A DNA stretch of 64,000 bases from Candidatus Collierbacteria bacterium (GTDB lineage: Bacteria; Patescibacteriota; Microgenomatia; UBA1400; JACPES01). Of the stretch, positions 1 to 9,506 are shown in pieces. Location of the stretch: NCBI GenBank assembly GCA_016183365.1, contig JACPES010000003.1, positions 105,467 through 169,466 of the forward strand, given 5' to 3'. Under the pieces are notes generated by a model. It was not told the DNA's origin and did no database searches. It worked only from the letters and a program-made list of their open reading frames with translations. How positions within the stretch are numbered: position 1 is the first letter of the stretch; every line of letters starts with the position of its first letter. The translations under genes and the position numbers were made by a program.

Positions 1-349
1 GTCGATATTGTCGACGACTAAAGTGGGAACATTGTTGGTAGTGCTGGGGGTCCCGATTGTTGACGCTTTATTTATTATAGCCAGAAGGGTAGCGGGCGGA
101 AAATCTCCGGTATGGGGCGACAGGGGCCATTTGCACCATCGGCTTTTGGACGACTTGCACATGTCAAAAAGATCAGTGGCCATAGCTTATTGGGCGACTA
201 CCGCTATTTTGGGATTGATAGCTTTGCGTTTGAATAGCCAGCAAAAGTTCTATACAATGTTAGCGGTATCTTTAATTGTCGGAGGTATTTTATTGTGGAT
301 AAAGTATTTTGGGCGGTTATCAAAACAGCCAGACCGCAAAGGTGGGTAA
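1..349 (+). CDS. C-terminal part of a glycosyltransferase family 4 protein (MraY/WecA-like undecaprenyl-phosphate sugar-phosphate transferase); 5' end lies outside the window
   Basis: ORF runs in from the window start. Translation ends with the family-typical motif VWGDRGHLHHRLL and C-terminal TM helices. Confidence 0.6.
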   Translation, partial: SILSTTKVGTLLVVLGVPIVDALFIIARRVAGGKSPVWGDRGHLHHRLLDDLHMSKRSVAIAYWATTAILGLIALRLNSQQKFYTMLAVSLIVGGILLWIKYFGRLSKQPDRKGG

Positions 350-1224
350 GAAATTTATCCCTGTTTGCGGCTCTGACATTTTCAGGCCAACTATTGGAGC
401 CGGCTTTATTTTGGCGGGTGGCCGCCGCCGCCGCCATTTTTTCCTTGGTCAGTTCGACGGTATATTTTTTCAACGATTTAATTGATGCTCCCCTGGACAG
501 AAAACATCCGTTTAAAATGAAACGGCCGATAGCTTCGGGAGCTCTACAGGCGCCGGTGGCTGTTTTTTTAACCACCATAGGTTTTTTTGTTTCCCTGGTT
601 TTAGCTATAAAACTGTCATATTTCTTTTTTGTAGCCTGCCTGGCGTATTTCGTTTTACAGGCGGCGTATTCTTTAAAACTTAAGCATATTGAGATAATTG
701 ACCTGTTGGTGATTGCCACAGGATTTATTCTTAGGGCATATTCCGGAGCCCTGGTGATTGACAGCCACATTTCCGTTTGGTTTTTGCTGTGTGTAATCGC
801 CGTCAGCATGTTGTTGGCGGTAGGGAAGAGGCGGGCGGAATTATCGCTATTGGCTGAAAAGGCCAGCGAAGTCAGGGCGACTCTCGGAGGCTACCCGGAG
901 CATTTAATGGATGTATGGGTTGGAATGTTCGGAACCATGACAATTTTGTCTTATATCCTTTTCACTTTTCAGCAGCAATTTGACGAGCCCAGCCGCCGGT
1001 TAATTCCGTTATTGTTAATCCTCCCTAGAGCATTAACGGTCCAAAAATGGTTGATGATAACTATTCCGGTGGTTATTTATGGGGTGATGAGGTATTTACA
1101 GCTGATTTACAAAAAAGGTCAGGGCGAGGCGCCGGAAAGAGTCTTATTGACAGACGCTCCTTTGTTGATCAGCGTAGTTCTGTGGGGATTTTTGTCAGTA
1201 GTTGTCCTTTATGTTATAGGCTAG
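295..1224 (+). CDS. UbiA-family prenyltransferase (decaprenyl-phosphate phosphoribosyltransferase-like)
   Basis: 309 aa polytopic membrane protein with the UbiA Asp-rich motif NDLIDAPLDRKHP and a second D-rich region. Overlaps the upstream gene by about 55 nt. Confidence 0.6.
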   Translation: MDKVFWAVIKTARPQRWVRNLSLFAALTFSGQLLEPALFWRVAAAAAIFSLVSSTVYFFNDLIDAPLDRKHPFKMKRPIASGALQAPVAVFLTTIGFFVSLVLAIKLSYFFFVACLAYFVLQAAYSLKLKHIEIIDLLVIATGFILRAYSGALVIDSHISVWFLLCVIAVSMLLAVGKRRAELSLLAEKASEVRATLGGYPEHLMDVWVGMFGTMTILSYILFTFQQQFDEPSRRLIPLLLILPRALTVQKWLMITIPVVIYGVMRYLQLIYKKGQGEAPERVLLTDAPLLISVVLWGFLSVVVLYVIG

Positions 1225-1249
1225 GATTTATCCCGGAATGGTAGAATAG

Positions 1250-1595
1250 ACTTGGTTTGGGGTAGCGAAACGAGGCTCCGATATTATCGGAGAGGAAAGT
1301 CCAGACAGCAGGAAAACAGGGTGTCCCGCGCAAGCGGGATTCTCCCGCCGAATTTTATATTCAGGCGGGGGACAAGACAGGGCCACAGTGACGATTCGGG
1401 TAGCGCCGAGTGAAACGTCCAAGCGGAACCCGCGAAGCTTTACGCGGAGTGGGTCGGCAACCCTCCCCGCTGCAACTCAATAGCCGTTCGTTATACCAGT
1501 TTTCCGGAAGAACGGCGGTAGAGGCGCTAGATAAATCTCGTTATAAGCCCCGCTTAGCGTGGTAAAACAGAATCTGGCTTACAGTCCCAAACTAA
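1250..1595 (+). ncRNA. rnpB: RNase P RNA (bacterial type)
   Basis: Contains GAGGAAAGTCCAGAC (the P4 5' strand, consensus GGAAAGUCCGG) and ACAGAATCTGGCTTAC (the P4 3' strand, consensus ACAGAACCCGGCUUA), with compensatory changes CCAGA/TCTGG. Also has a GTGAAAC element and a GCAA-tetraloop hairpin CCCGCGCAAGCGGG as in E. coli M1 RNA. P1 helix closed by ttggtttgggg ... cccaaac. No ORF on the + strand. Confidence 0.75.
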
Positions 1596-1626
1596 AACTA
1601 GACAGATAAGTTTAGGCCAAAAAAAT

Positions 1627-1676
1627 CCACAAAATCCTGCCTTATATTTAATCTTTAAGGTGAGGATTTTGTGGGG
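1627..1676 (-). terminator. Intrinsic terminator hairpin (12-bp stem ccacaaaatcct/aggattttgtgg) followed by a T-tract on the minus strand
   Basis: Perfect 12-bp inverted repeat. On the minus strand it is followed by TTTTTTT directly downstream of the small zinc-ribbon ORF stop. Confidence 0.55.
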
Positions 1677-1705
1677 GAAACCGGCTTATCTTCAAGAAAA
1701 AGCTA

Positions 1706-1849
1706 TTAAGCTTTTCCCATTATTTTATACATGCCGGTTCCGCATTTCGGACAAACTGATTTGGCGGCCTTGCGACCGTTTTTGGTTACGACTTCCTGAA
1801 AATCGGCGACTCGTTGTTTAGCTCGGCATTTAACACAATACATTTCCAT
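1706..1849 (-). CDS. Small zinc-ribbon protein (47 aa, CxxC...CxxC; DUF5679-like)
   Basis: Not in the ORF track because it is shorter than 60 aa. Hand translation: MEMYCVKCRAKQRVADFQEVVTKNGRKAAKSVCPKCGTGMYKIMGKA. Preceded by RBS GGGGGTG and followed by a terminator hairpin. Confidence 0.5.
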   Translation of the reverse strand: MEMYCVKCRAKQRVADFQEVVTKNGRKAAKSVCPKCGTGMYKIMGKA

Positions 1850-1933
1850 TTTTTCACCCCCTTTCTGTTTAACACGCTTGGACTATAGCATAGCCACAAA
1901 CAGGTTTGCAACCGGAACAGACAAACGATACAA

Positions 1934-2410
1934 TTGATAATTATGTGGTCAGAATCATTGTCAGGAGTCGCCAGCATCGCGGCGCTTATTTTGTCGTCTA
2001 TATCCATATTTCTTTTTTACAGGATTTATTTTATTTTAAAGATATTGAAAACTTCGGACGATCGGCGTTCGATCAATAATGTTTTGACTGATTTAAATAA
2101 TCATCTGAAAGAATCAAAAACCGCGGTGATCGATCTAAAAAAAATAGTTGAGTCTCACCAGCGTTCGTCACTGAAACATCTACAAAAATTCGGGCTTATC
2201 AGATTTAATCCTTTTATTGATACCGGAGGAGATCAAAGCTTTACTCTGGCCATTTTAAATGGACACAATGATGGTTTTGTGATAAGCTCGCTTCACAGTC
2301 GCGATCAAACGCGGACATTCGCCAAATCTGTTAAGGCGGGACTTGGCCAAAAATTTGAGCTATCCAAAGAAGAAAAGTTGGCCATAGAAAAGGCCATAAA
2401 AAGTTTGTAA
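1934..2410 (+). CDS. DUF4446 family protein
   Basis: N-terminal TM helix, then the FNPF-DTGGDQSF ... VISSLH pattern typical of DUF4446. Confidence 0.5.
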   Translation: MIIMWSESLSGVASIAALILSSISIFLFYRIYFILKILKTSDDRRSINNVLTDLNNHLKESKTAVIDLKKIVESHQRSSLKHLQKFGLIRFNPFIDTGGDQSFTLAILNGHNDGFVISSLHSRDQTRTFAKSVKAGLGQKFELSKEEKLAIEKAIKSL

Positions 2411-2418
2411 GGCATTCT

Positions 2419-3633
2419 ATGTTTTCGAAGAGAACGTTAACTCTAATTATTGTTTATATCGGAATTTATTTATTATCCACCGGAGTTTCGGCTTGGGGAT
2501 TCGGGGCTTTCCGCCGGCCCGCATCTGCCCCGGCGTCTTCTTTGCCCGTAACTTCTGCTGACGGGAAAATAGTCGTCAACCCCAGCGAGCCTAAAGATCG
2601 GCCTTGTCCTATTAATGGCGAACTTTTCACTAAATCTGAAGAGGCGGTCTGGAAGAATCGCCGGCCGGTTTTGGCAATAGTGGAGAATCATACCGAAGCT
2701 AGACCGCAATCGGGATTGTCCTCTGCTGATTTAATCTATGAAGCTTTGGCGGAAGGGGGAATTACCAGATTCATGGGAGTATTTTATTGCAAGGCGGTAG
2801 CGGACGGCAATAAAATCGCTCCGGTCAGAAGCGCCAGAATTTATTTTGTAAATATTGCCGCGGAATACAATACTCCGGTTTATGTCCACGTCGGCGGCGG
2901 CAACTGCAGCCGCGATCAAGCCAGCGGCCAATGCACCTCGAACAAAAAAGCTTGGGCTTTGGAAGAAATGATAGACATGGGATGGCGGAAACGCGGAGGT
3001 AATGATTTCGATACTACTCTTGATACCGGCTATCCGGCTCTGGGCCGGGACTACAACCGCTTAGGAGCAGATATAGTTTTAGCGACAGAGCACACCATGG
3101 TCGGATTTCTACCAAAGATTTGGGATCAGGCCGAAAAACGCGGCTATGGCGGAATTAATGAAGACGGCTCTACTTGGGAGTCCGGATTCCGTCAGTGGAA
3201 ATTCCGTGAAGACGCCAAAGAATCTGACCGCGGCAGCGTGCTGGCTATTAACTTTGATTTTTGGGAAGGTTACAAAGATTTCACCGCCCATTGGGATTAC
3301 GACAGGCAGTCAAATTTATATTTAAGGTCTACCGGCGGGCAACCCCATCTGGATTTGGAAACTAACAAACAATTGTCGGCTAAAAATGTGGTGATTCAAT
3401 TTGTTAAAGAACAGGGCCCGTTAGACGAGCACAAGCACATGTTTTATGAGATTATTGGTAAGGGCAATGCCTTAATTTTCCAAAACGGCAATGCTATCGA
3501 GGCTGTTTGGGAAAAACCAAATCAACTTTCCAGGACTTTGTTTAAAGACAAAAAATCAGGGGCAGAAATCGCTTTTGTCAGAGGATCTACTTGGATCGAG
3601 GTTGTGCCTGCCGGCAACGAGATCGTATATTGA
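2419..3633 (+). CDS. DUF3048 domain protein (YerB-like secreted/lipoprotein)
   Basis: Signal/TM N-terminus and the motif RP-LAIVENH-EARPQSGLSSADLIYEALAEGGITRF characteristic of DUF3048. Confidence 0.55.
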   Translation: MFSKRTLTLIIVYIGIYLLSTGVSAWGFGAFRRPASAPASSLPVTSADGKIVVNPSEPKDRPCPINGELFTKSEEAVWKNRRPVLAIVENHTEARPQSGLSSADLIYEALAEGGITRFMGVFYCKAVADGNKIAPVRSARIYFVNIAAEYNTPVYVHVGGGNCSRDQASGQCTSNKKAWALEEMIDMGWRKRGGNDFDTTLDTGYPALGRDYNRLGADIVLATEHTMVGFLPKIWDQAEKRGYGGINEDGSTWESGFRQWKFREDAKESDRGSVLAINFDFWEGYKDFTAHWDYDRQSNLYLRSTGGQPHLDLETNKQLSAKNVVIQFVKEQGPLDEHKHMFYEIIGKGNALIFQNGNAIEAVWEKPNQLSRTLFKDKKSGAEIAFVRGSTWIEVVPAGNEIVY

Positions 3634-4214
3634 TGAGTGATTTATCGGACTTTATAGTCTCGCGCGTCAGAATAAAATTGCTACAGGTCTTACTGTCGTC
3701 TCCGGAGGAATTATTTTACGTCAGACAACTTGGCCGGAAGATTGACGAAGAAATAAACGCGGTCAGGAGAGAACTGCTGCATTTGGCTAAAGTCGGGATT
3801 TTAAAATCCCAACCGCGGGGAAACAGATCGTATTATTGGGTTAACAAAGATTATTTATATTACCCCGAATTGTTGGCTTTGGCGGCTAAATCCACCGGAT
3901 TGGGACAGGCCGTCATTAAACATAAAGATAAATTAGGCCGGATAACATTTTCTTTTATGTCGATGAGGCTGGTGAAACGGTTGGCCGTAAAGACGGGCCA
4001 GGTAGATTTATTAGTTGTGGGCGAAGTGGTTCTGCCGCAGTTGTCGGCTTTGGTAAAAACCGCCGAAGCAGAAACCGGCCGGGAAATAAATTACTCCGTC
4101 ATGTCTTTGGAAGAATTCAGTTTCCGCAAACGCCGCCGCGACCCGTTTTTAATCGACGTCCTTAGAGAATCCAGAGTTATGCTCATTGGCGACGATCAGG
4201 CTTTGGTAGCTTAA
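3633..4214 (+). CDS. Hypothetical protein with an N-terminal winged-helix-like region (putative transcriptional regulator)
   Basis: ATG overlaps the upstream stop (TGATG). No family recognised with certainty. Confidence 0.4.
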   Translation: MSDLSDFIVSRVRIKLLQVLLSSPEELFYVRQLGRKIDEEINAVRRELLHLAKVGILKSQPRGNRSYYWVNKDYLYYPELLALAAKSTGLGQAVIKHKDKLGRITFSFMSMRLVKRLAVKTGQVDLLVVGEVVLPQLSALVKTAEAETGREINYSVMSLEEFSFRKRRRDPFLIDVLRESRVMLIGDDQALVA

Positions 4215-4245
4215 ACCCCGACTTTGCGGTTATAATCAACAAATC

Positions 4246-5637
4246 ATGCGAAAACAAAAGCTATTCGGCCGGTTGTTGACAATCGCGGTAATTTCGCTCT
4301 TATCCCTATATATCAGTTTGCCCAGAAGAATTCCGGTTGATCTTCAATTGGGGAAATGGCGGTTGGGAAAAACCCTTTCTTTGCCGGGGATAGAATGGAA
4401 ATTAGGACCGTTGTCTTTCAGCCGCGACCTGGAAATTAAACAAGGCTTGGATTTAAAGGGTGGAACCCAAATCGTTTTGGAAGCTCAAGTTCAGGATGTT
4501 CCGGAATCGGAAAGAGCCGCCGCGCTGGAGAGCGCCAAGATGGTGATTGCCAGAAGAATTGATTTGTACGGTATTTCCGAATCAGTGATCCAGACCGCCA
4601 AAAATGACCAGACCTATAGATTGATTGTTGAATTGCCGGGGATAACCGACGCCAATGAGGCCAAGTCGCTTATCGGCCAGACCGCCAAGTTGGAATTTTG
4701 GGAAATGCCCCAAGATCAGTTGGTCGAGCATGCGCCAACTGGACCGGAATCGCCGCCACCACAATCTCAACCAACTAATTTAACCGGTCAAGATTTGCAA
4801 AAAGCCGCGGTGGAATTCGAGCAAGCCTCTGGCGAACCGGTGGTGTCTTTGGTGTTTACCGACGAAGGCCGAGAGAAATTTGCCGAGATTACCAAGCGGA
4901 ATGTCGGCCAAAGGGTGGGAATTTATCTGGACGGAACCCCTTTGACGGTTCCGGTGGTCCAGGTTCCGATTACCGACGGCCGGGCCATAATTTCCGGGAG
5001 CATGGGAGTCAAAGAAGCCAAACAGTTGGCCATTAGTCTGAACGCCGGAGCCCTTCCGGTCGGAATGACCGTTGTTAAAGAAACCAATATCGGAGCCACT
5101 TTAGGCAAAGAAAGCATTGCGGCTTCGGTTAGAGCCGGATTGGTGGGATTGTTGGCGGTGGCCGCGTTTATGATTATTGTTTATCGTCACTTAGGAATTC
5201 TAGCCGATATCGCTTTGGTGATTTACGGGCTGATTACCATGGCGATTTACAAACTTTTTCCCATTACCCTAACCTTGCCGGGTGTGGCCGGATTTTTATT
5301 GTCAATCGGGATGGCCACCGATGCCAATATTTTAATTTTTGAGCGCTTAAAAGAAGAATTGGCCCGTGGCTTACCGCTAAGGGCTGCGGTGGAATTGGGA
5401 TTCGGAAGGGCCTGGGATTCGATTAAAGACGCTAACGTTACCACTCTTTTGGTGGCTTTCATTCTGTACAATCCATTTGAATGGCAATTCTTAAACACCT
5501 CTGGAATGGTCAGGGGTTTTGCTTTGACTTTGACTGTCGGAATTTTAATCAGCCTGTTTACCGGAATTGTAGTGTCAAGGACTTTGATTAGGATGTTTTA
5601 TGTTAATGATCAAAAAACAAAAAGCAAAAAACAATAA
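4246..5637 (+). CDS. secD: Protein translocase subunit SecD
   Basis: GLDLKGGTQIVLEA motif, a large periplasmic domain and six C-terminal TM helices. Followed by secF. Confidence 0.9.
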   Translation: MRKQKLFGRLLTIAVISLLSLYISLPRRIPVDLQLGKWRLGKTLSLPGIEWKLGPLSFSRDLEIKQGLDLKGGTQIVLEAQVQDVPESERAAALESAKMVIARRIDLYGISESVIQTAKNDQTYRLIVELPGITDANEAKSLIGQTAKLEFWEMPQDQLVEHAPTGPESPPPQSQPTNLTGQDLQKAAVEFEQASGEPVVSLVFTDEGREKFAEITKRNVGQRVGIYLDGTPLTVPVVQVPITDGRAIISGSMGVKEAKQLAISLNAGALPVGMTVVKETNIGATLGKESIAASVRAGLVGLLAVAAFMIIVYRHLGILADIALVIYGLITMAIYKLFPITLTLPGVAGFLLSIGMATDANILIFERLKEELARGLPLRAAVELGFGRAWDSIKDANVTTLLVAFILYNPFEWQFLNTSGMVRGFALTLTVGILISLFTGIVVSRTLIRMFYVNDQKTKSKKQ

Positions 5638-5641
5638 GCAT

Positions 5642-6535
5642 ATGAAACAAATTAATTTTATAAAACACATCCCACTCTATTTTTCTATTTCCGGAGTAGC
5701 CCTGGCGATCGGGATTTTTTCGCTGGTTGTCTGGAAAGTCCGACCGGCGATTGATTTTACCGGCGGGTCGTTGGTCGAAGTGGAATTGCAGGCCCAAGAG
5801 GGAAATGTAGTTAATGAAGGCACGATCAGATCCACTTTGTCGGACAAAGCAATTGAGATTAATTCAATTCAGCCAGCCGGTGGAAACCGCTGGTTGATCA
5901 GAACGAAAATGGCCGAAGGCATAGACAAAAATGTCCAATCAGCTTTGGCGGAAAAGTTTTCGGTGGTCAATATCACTCGGTTTGAATCAATCGGCCCGGC
6001 CTTGGGGAAAGAGCTTTTGACCAAAACATTTTTCGGGATCACCCTTTCCTCATTGGGAATTCTGTTGTATGTCGCCTATAGGTTCGGCGGCGGCAAGTAC
6101 GGAGTCTGTGCGGTTTTAGCCATGATCCACGACAGTTTGGTGGTTTTGGGAGCGTTCAGTCTGCTCGGGCATTTTTACGGAGCCGAAGTCGACGCCCTAT
6201 TTGTGACGGCCCTGTTAACAATTTTGAGCTTTTCGGTCCACGACACGATTGTGGTTTACGACCGGATCCGGGAAAATTTAAGAAAATTCCCCCAGGAAAA
6301 ATTTGAGCCTTTGGCCAACCGTTCCGTCAATGAAACCTTAAGACGTTCAATCAATAATTCTTTAACCATCATTGTGATGTTGGTAATTTTAACCTGGTTG
6401 GGCGGGGCGACAGTCAGATTTTTCTCGCTGGCGCTTTTAATCGGGACAATTACCGGTACCTATTCATCTCCGTTTGTGGCAGTGCCGCTATTGGTGGTGT
6501 GGAATAAGCGGGCGAACAAAAAGAAAAAATCCTAA
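5642..6535 (+). CDS. secF: Protein translocase subunit SecF
   Basis: SecF-type TM topology and motifs, directly after secD. Start chosen at MKQINF, after the secD stop. Confidence 0.85.
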   Translation: MKQINFIKHIPLYFSISGVALAIGIFSLVVWKVRPAIDFTGGSLVEVELQAQEGNVVNEGTIRSTLSDKAIEINSIQPAGGNRWLIRTKMAEGIDKNVQSALAEKFSVVNITRFESIGPALGKELLTKTFFGITLSSLGILLYVAYRFGGGKYGVCAVLAMIHDSLVVLGAFSLLGHFYGAEVDALFVTALLTILSFSVHDTIVVYDRIRENLRKFPQEKFEPLANRSVNETLRRSINNSLTIIVMLVILTWLGGATVRFFSLALLIGTITGTYSSPFVAVPLLVVWNKRANKKKKS

Positions 6536-6556
6536 AAAATCAGATATAATCTTCTC

Positions 6557-7450
6557 ATGTTTGCCCATTTGATTCGCTCTTGCCTGCATTTATTTACTCC
6601 TCGGCACAGTAATAATCACCGGCCGAAAATTTTCCACCCTAAATCTTTGGTAGTTTTGGCGGCAATGGTCGTCGGTTTAAATAGCGGTATCAGACCTTTG
6701 GCCGGATTCAGCGGCGGAGTTTTGGGATATGCCAGTGATATTCAAATAACCCAAGTTTTTGAGCAGATAAACAGTCAACGGGTTGAGGCCGGATTGCCGG
6801 GATTGAAATTAAATGACAAATTATCCGAAGCCGCCCGCCGTAAAGCTTCGGATATGTTTGTTTCTGATTATTGGGCCCATGTTAATCCGATCACTGGCCG
6901 GGAGCCGTGGTATTTTTTTGATGCAGTCGGTTATGATTACCGTTACGCCGGCGAAAATATGGCCCGTGATTTTTCAACCACAGCACCGATGATTAAAGCT
7001 TGGATGAATTCTACGACTCATCGGGATAATATTGTTTCATCAAGATATCAGGAAACCGGGATTGCCGTCGTCAACGGAGTTTTAAATGGAGTTGAAACCA
7101 CGTTGGTGATTCAGTTGTTCGGAACCAAAAAAACAGCCGTAGCCGCGGTCCCGCAGATAACCAGTACCGGTTTACAAGCTGAATCTTTAGCCAAAGCTCC
7201 GGCGGTTTTACCGGCCGAAACCGAAAAAACATCCGTTGCCGTTCGCTCTCCGCTGGTGTCGCCGTTTGATCTGTCCAAGTCTTTGGCTTTGGCGACCTTA
7301 GGACTGCTGGCGGTAGTTTTGATGGTTGATTCGGTCATTATCTGGCGGCGGCGGATCCCGCGTTTAGTCGGCCACAATTGGGCCCATTTGATGTTCTTGA
7401 TTGCCCTGACCGGAGTTGTGAGTATTATGTCGCAGGGGGTGATTCAATGA
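6557..7450 (+). CDS. CAP (SCP/PR-1-like, YkwD-type) domain protein with a C-terminal TM anchor
   Basis: Motifs NSQRVEAGLPGL, YAGENMA and W-NSTTHRDNI typical of the CAP domain. Start codon uncertain. Confidence 0.6.
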   Translation: MFAHLIRSCLHLFTPRHSNNHRPKIFHPKSLVVLAAMVVGLNSGIRPLAGFSGGVLGYASDIQITQVFEQINSQRVEAGLPGLKLNDKLSEAARRKASDMFVSDYWAHVNPITGREPWYFFDAVGYDYRYAGENMARDFSTTAPMIKAWMNSTTHRDNIVSSRYQETGIAVVNGVLNGVETTLVIQLFGTKKTAVAAVPQITSTGLQAESLAKAPAVLPAETEKTSVAVRSPLVSPFDLSKSLALATLGLLAVVLMVDSVIIWRRRIPRLVGHNWAHLMFLIALTGVVSIMSQGVIQ

Positions 7451-7608
7451 TAGTTTACGCTTTACTGCTTGGTGTTTGTGCCTATCTGATCTGGGGAATA
7501 ACTCACCATTGGCACCGCGGAGACTTACACCCAAAAATCGTGTTAGAATACCTGGGAATTGCGACCTTAGGAACAGCGATCGTTCTTGGAGTCTTAAACT
7601 TGCTTTAA
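7447..7608 (+). CDS. Small membrane protein (about 53 aa)
   Basis: Two hydrophobic helices. ATG overlaps the upstream stop (ATGA). Low confidence. Confidence 0.3.
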   Translation: MIVYALLLGVCAYLIWGITHHWHRGDLHPKIVLEYLGIATLGTAIVLGVLNLL

Positions 7609-7623
7609 TGTTTTAATGATTTT

Positions 7624-8355
7624 ATGAAAGGCATAATTTTGGCAGGCGGACTTGGTACTAGATTGAGACCGCTCACTTTTATAACCAACAAACATTTGCT
7701 TCCGGTTTACGATAAGCCGATGGTATATTACCCGATTCGGACTTTGGTCCAGGCCGGAGTGACCGAAATTATGATCGTAACAGGCGGGCCGCATTGCGGC
7801 CATTTTATGCGGGTATTAAAAAATGGCGAAGAATGGGGAATTACTCATTTGGAATACGCTTATCAGGAAACCGAGGGCGGAATTTCTCATGCGCTTAGTT
7901 TAGCTGAAAGTTTTGCCGACGAGGGGCCGGTAACAGTGATTTTAGGCGACAATACGACTGACGCTGACATCAGTCTGGCGGTAAAATCTTTCGATAAAGG
8001 CGCCCGGATATTTTTGAAAAAAGTTCCCGACCCGCACAGATTCGGAGTTCCGGTTTTTGATAAAAAAGATCCGTCAAAGGTTGTAGAAATAATTGAAAAG
8101 CCCAAAAATCCGGTTAACAATTTTGCGGTGGTCGGGCTGTATATTTTTGACCGTACTGTTTTTGACCGGATCAGAAAATTAAAACCATCTGCCCGGGGCG
8201 AACTGGAGGTTACCGATTTGAACAATTCATATATCGCCGACGGCCAACTGAAATCGGCGGAATTAAAAGGATTTTGGTCCGACGCCGGAACTTTTGAATC
8301 ACTATTTAGATCCAACGAATTTTGGGCCAAAAAAGCTTTAGAAAAATCCGCGTGA
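7624..8355 (+). CDS. Sugar-phosphate nucleotidyltransferase (glucose-1-phosphate thymidylyl/uridylyltransferase-like, short form)
   Basis: N-terminal GIILAGGLGTRLRPLT motif. Confidence 0.7.
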   Translation: MKGIILAGGLGTRLRPLTFITNKHLLPVYDKPMVYYPIRTLVQAGVTEIMIVTGGPHCGHFMRVLKNGEEWGITHLEYAYQETEGGISHALSLAESFADEGPVTVILGDNTTDADISLAVKSFDKGARIFLKKVPDPHRFGVPVFDKKDPSKVVEIIEKPKNPVNNFAVVGLYIFDRTVFDRIRKLKPSARGELEVTDLNNSYIADGQLKSAELKGFWSDAGTFESLFRSNEFWAKKALEKSA

Positions 8356-9506
8356 TGCTTTTGGCTGATTCTTCCCGTCCTTTAAATTTAAACGATTTTA
8401 TCGGCCAAAAACATTTGGTTGGTCCTGATGGCCCGATCCGAAAAATGCTGGCTGCCGGCCAAATTTTTCCGATGATTTTTTGGGGACCGCCCGGCTCCGG
8501 CAAAACCACCCTGGCCCGCATCATCGCCAAGTCCACCGGCGCCGACTACCACGAACTTTCCGCCGTCTCCGCCGGCAAATCAGACATTAAAAAAATTATC
8601 GACACCCCTAATTCCCCCAAAATCTTATTTCTCGATGAGATCCATCGCTTTAATAAAGCCCAACAAGATTATCTATTGCCTTTCGTCGAGAAAGGGATTA
8701 TCACCCTGATCGGAGCCACCACTGAAAATCCCAGTTTTGAAGTTATTTCCCCGCTTCTCTCCCGCTGCCGGACGTATGTGTTTTATGGGTTAACTGAAGA
8801 GGATTTAGGCGAAATTATTAAAAGAGGACTTTCGGAGGTCAAGCTTTCATTAGCCAAAGAAGCGATTGAGATGTTAGCTCAATATTCCAATGGAGACGGG
8901 AGAACGGCGCTCAATGTTATTGATTTAGCCAGAAAATTGTTTCCGAAAAAGAAATTATTGTCGAAGGAAGATTTAGTTCTTGTCATCCAAGACAAACGTT
9001 TGCGTTACGACGCCGCCGGCGAAGAACACTACAATACTATTTCGGCATTTATAAAAAGTATGCGGGCTAGTAATGTCGATTCGGCTCTGTATTATCTGGC
9101 GCGGATGGTTGAATCAGGCGAAGACCCGTTATTTATTGCCCGACGGATGGTGATTTTTGCCAGTGAAGACATCGGCATGGCCCAGCCCACCGCCCTGGTC
9201 GTCGCCAACGAAGTTTTCCGGGCCTGCGAAACCATCGGCTACCCGGAATGCGCGATAAATCTGGCCCATGGCGCAGCTTATTTATCCTTGGCCAAAAAAG
9301 ACCGAGGGGCATACAACGCTTATTTTGCCGCCCTCAACGACGTTAAACAATTTGGCAATCTCCCGATTCCTCTAAACCTTAGGAATGCCCCGACAAAATT
9401 AATGAAAGAATTAGGTTATAGCAAGGGCTACGAGAAATACTCCAAAGAAGATTTGCTCCCCGACAAATTAAAAGGTAAAAAGTATTATTTCTCAAAAATC
9501 AAATGA
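8355..9506 (+). CDS. rarA: Replication-associated recombination protein A (AAA ATPase RarA/MgsA)
   Basis: Walker [20 protein letters not shown], and a MgsA C-terminal region. ATG overlaps the upstream stop. Confidence 0.85.
   Translation: MLLADSSRPLNLNDFIGQKHLVGPDGPIRKMLAAGQIFPMIFWGPPGSGKTTLARIIAKSTGADYHELSAVSAGKSDIKKIIDTPNSPKILFLDEIHRFNKAQQDYLLPFVEKGIITLIGATTENPSFEVISPLLSRCRTYVFYGLTEEDLGEIIKRGLSEVKLSLAKEAIEMLAQYSNGDGRTALNVIDLARKLFPKKKLLSKEDLVLVIQDKRLRYDAAGEEHYNTISAFIKSMRASNVDSALYYLARMVESGEDPLFIARRMVIFASEDIGMAQPTALVVANEVFRACETIGYPECAINLAHGAAYLSLAKKDRGAYNAYFAALNDVKQFGNLPIPLNLRNAPTKLMKELGYSKGYEKYSKEDLLPDKLKGKKYYFSKIK

Noticed and set aside
204-809. 201-aa antisense ORF overlapping the MraY-like and UbiA genes
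   Set aside because: It lies entirely antisense to two well-supported membrane-protein genes, has a Lys/Arg-rich low-complexity translation and no recognisable motifs.
1322-1345. Hairpin gtCCCGCgcaaGCGGGat in rnpB resembling hairpin 1 of the double-hairpin element
   Set aside because: The same GCAA-tetraloop helix (CCCGCGCAAGCGGG) exists in E. coli M1 RNA. It is a native RNase P helix, so the similarity is coincidental.
1228-1422. 64-aa minus-strand ORF
   Set aside because: It lies inside the RNase P RNA gene.
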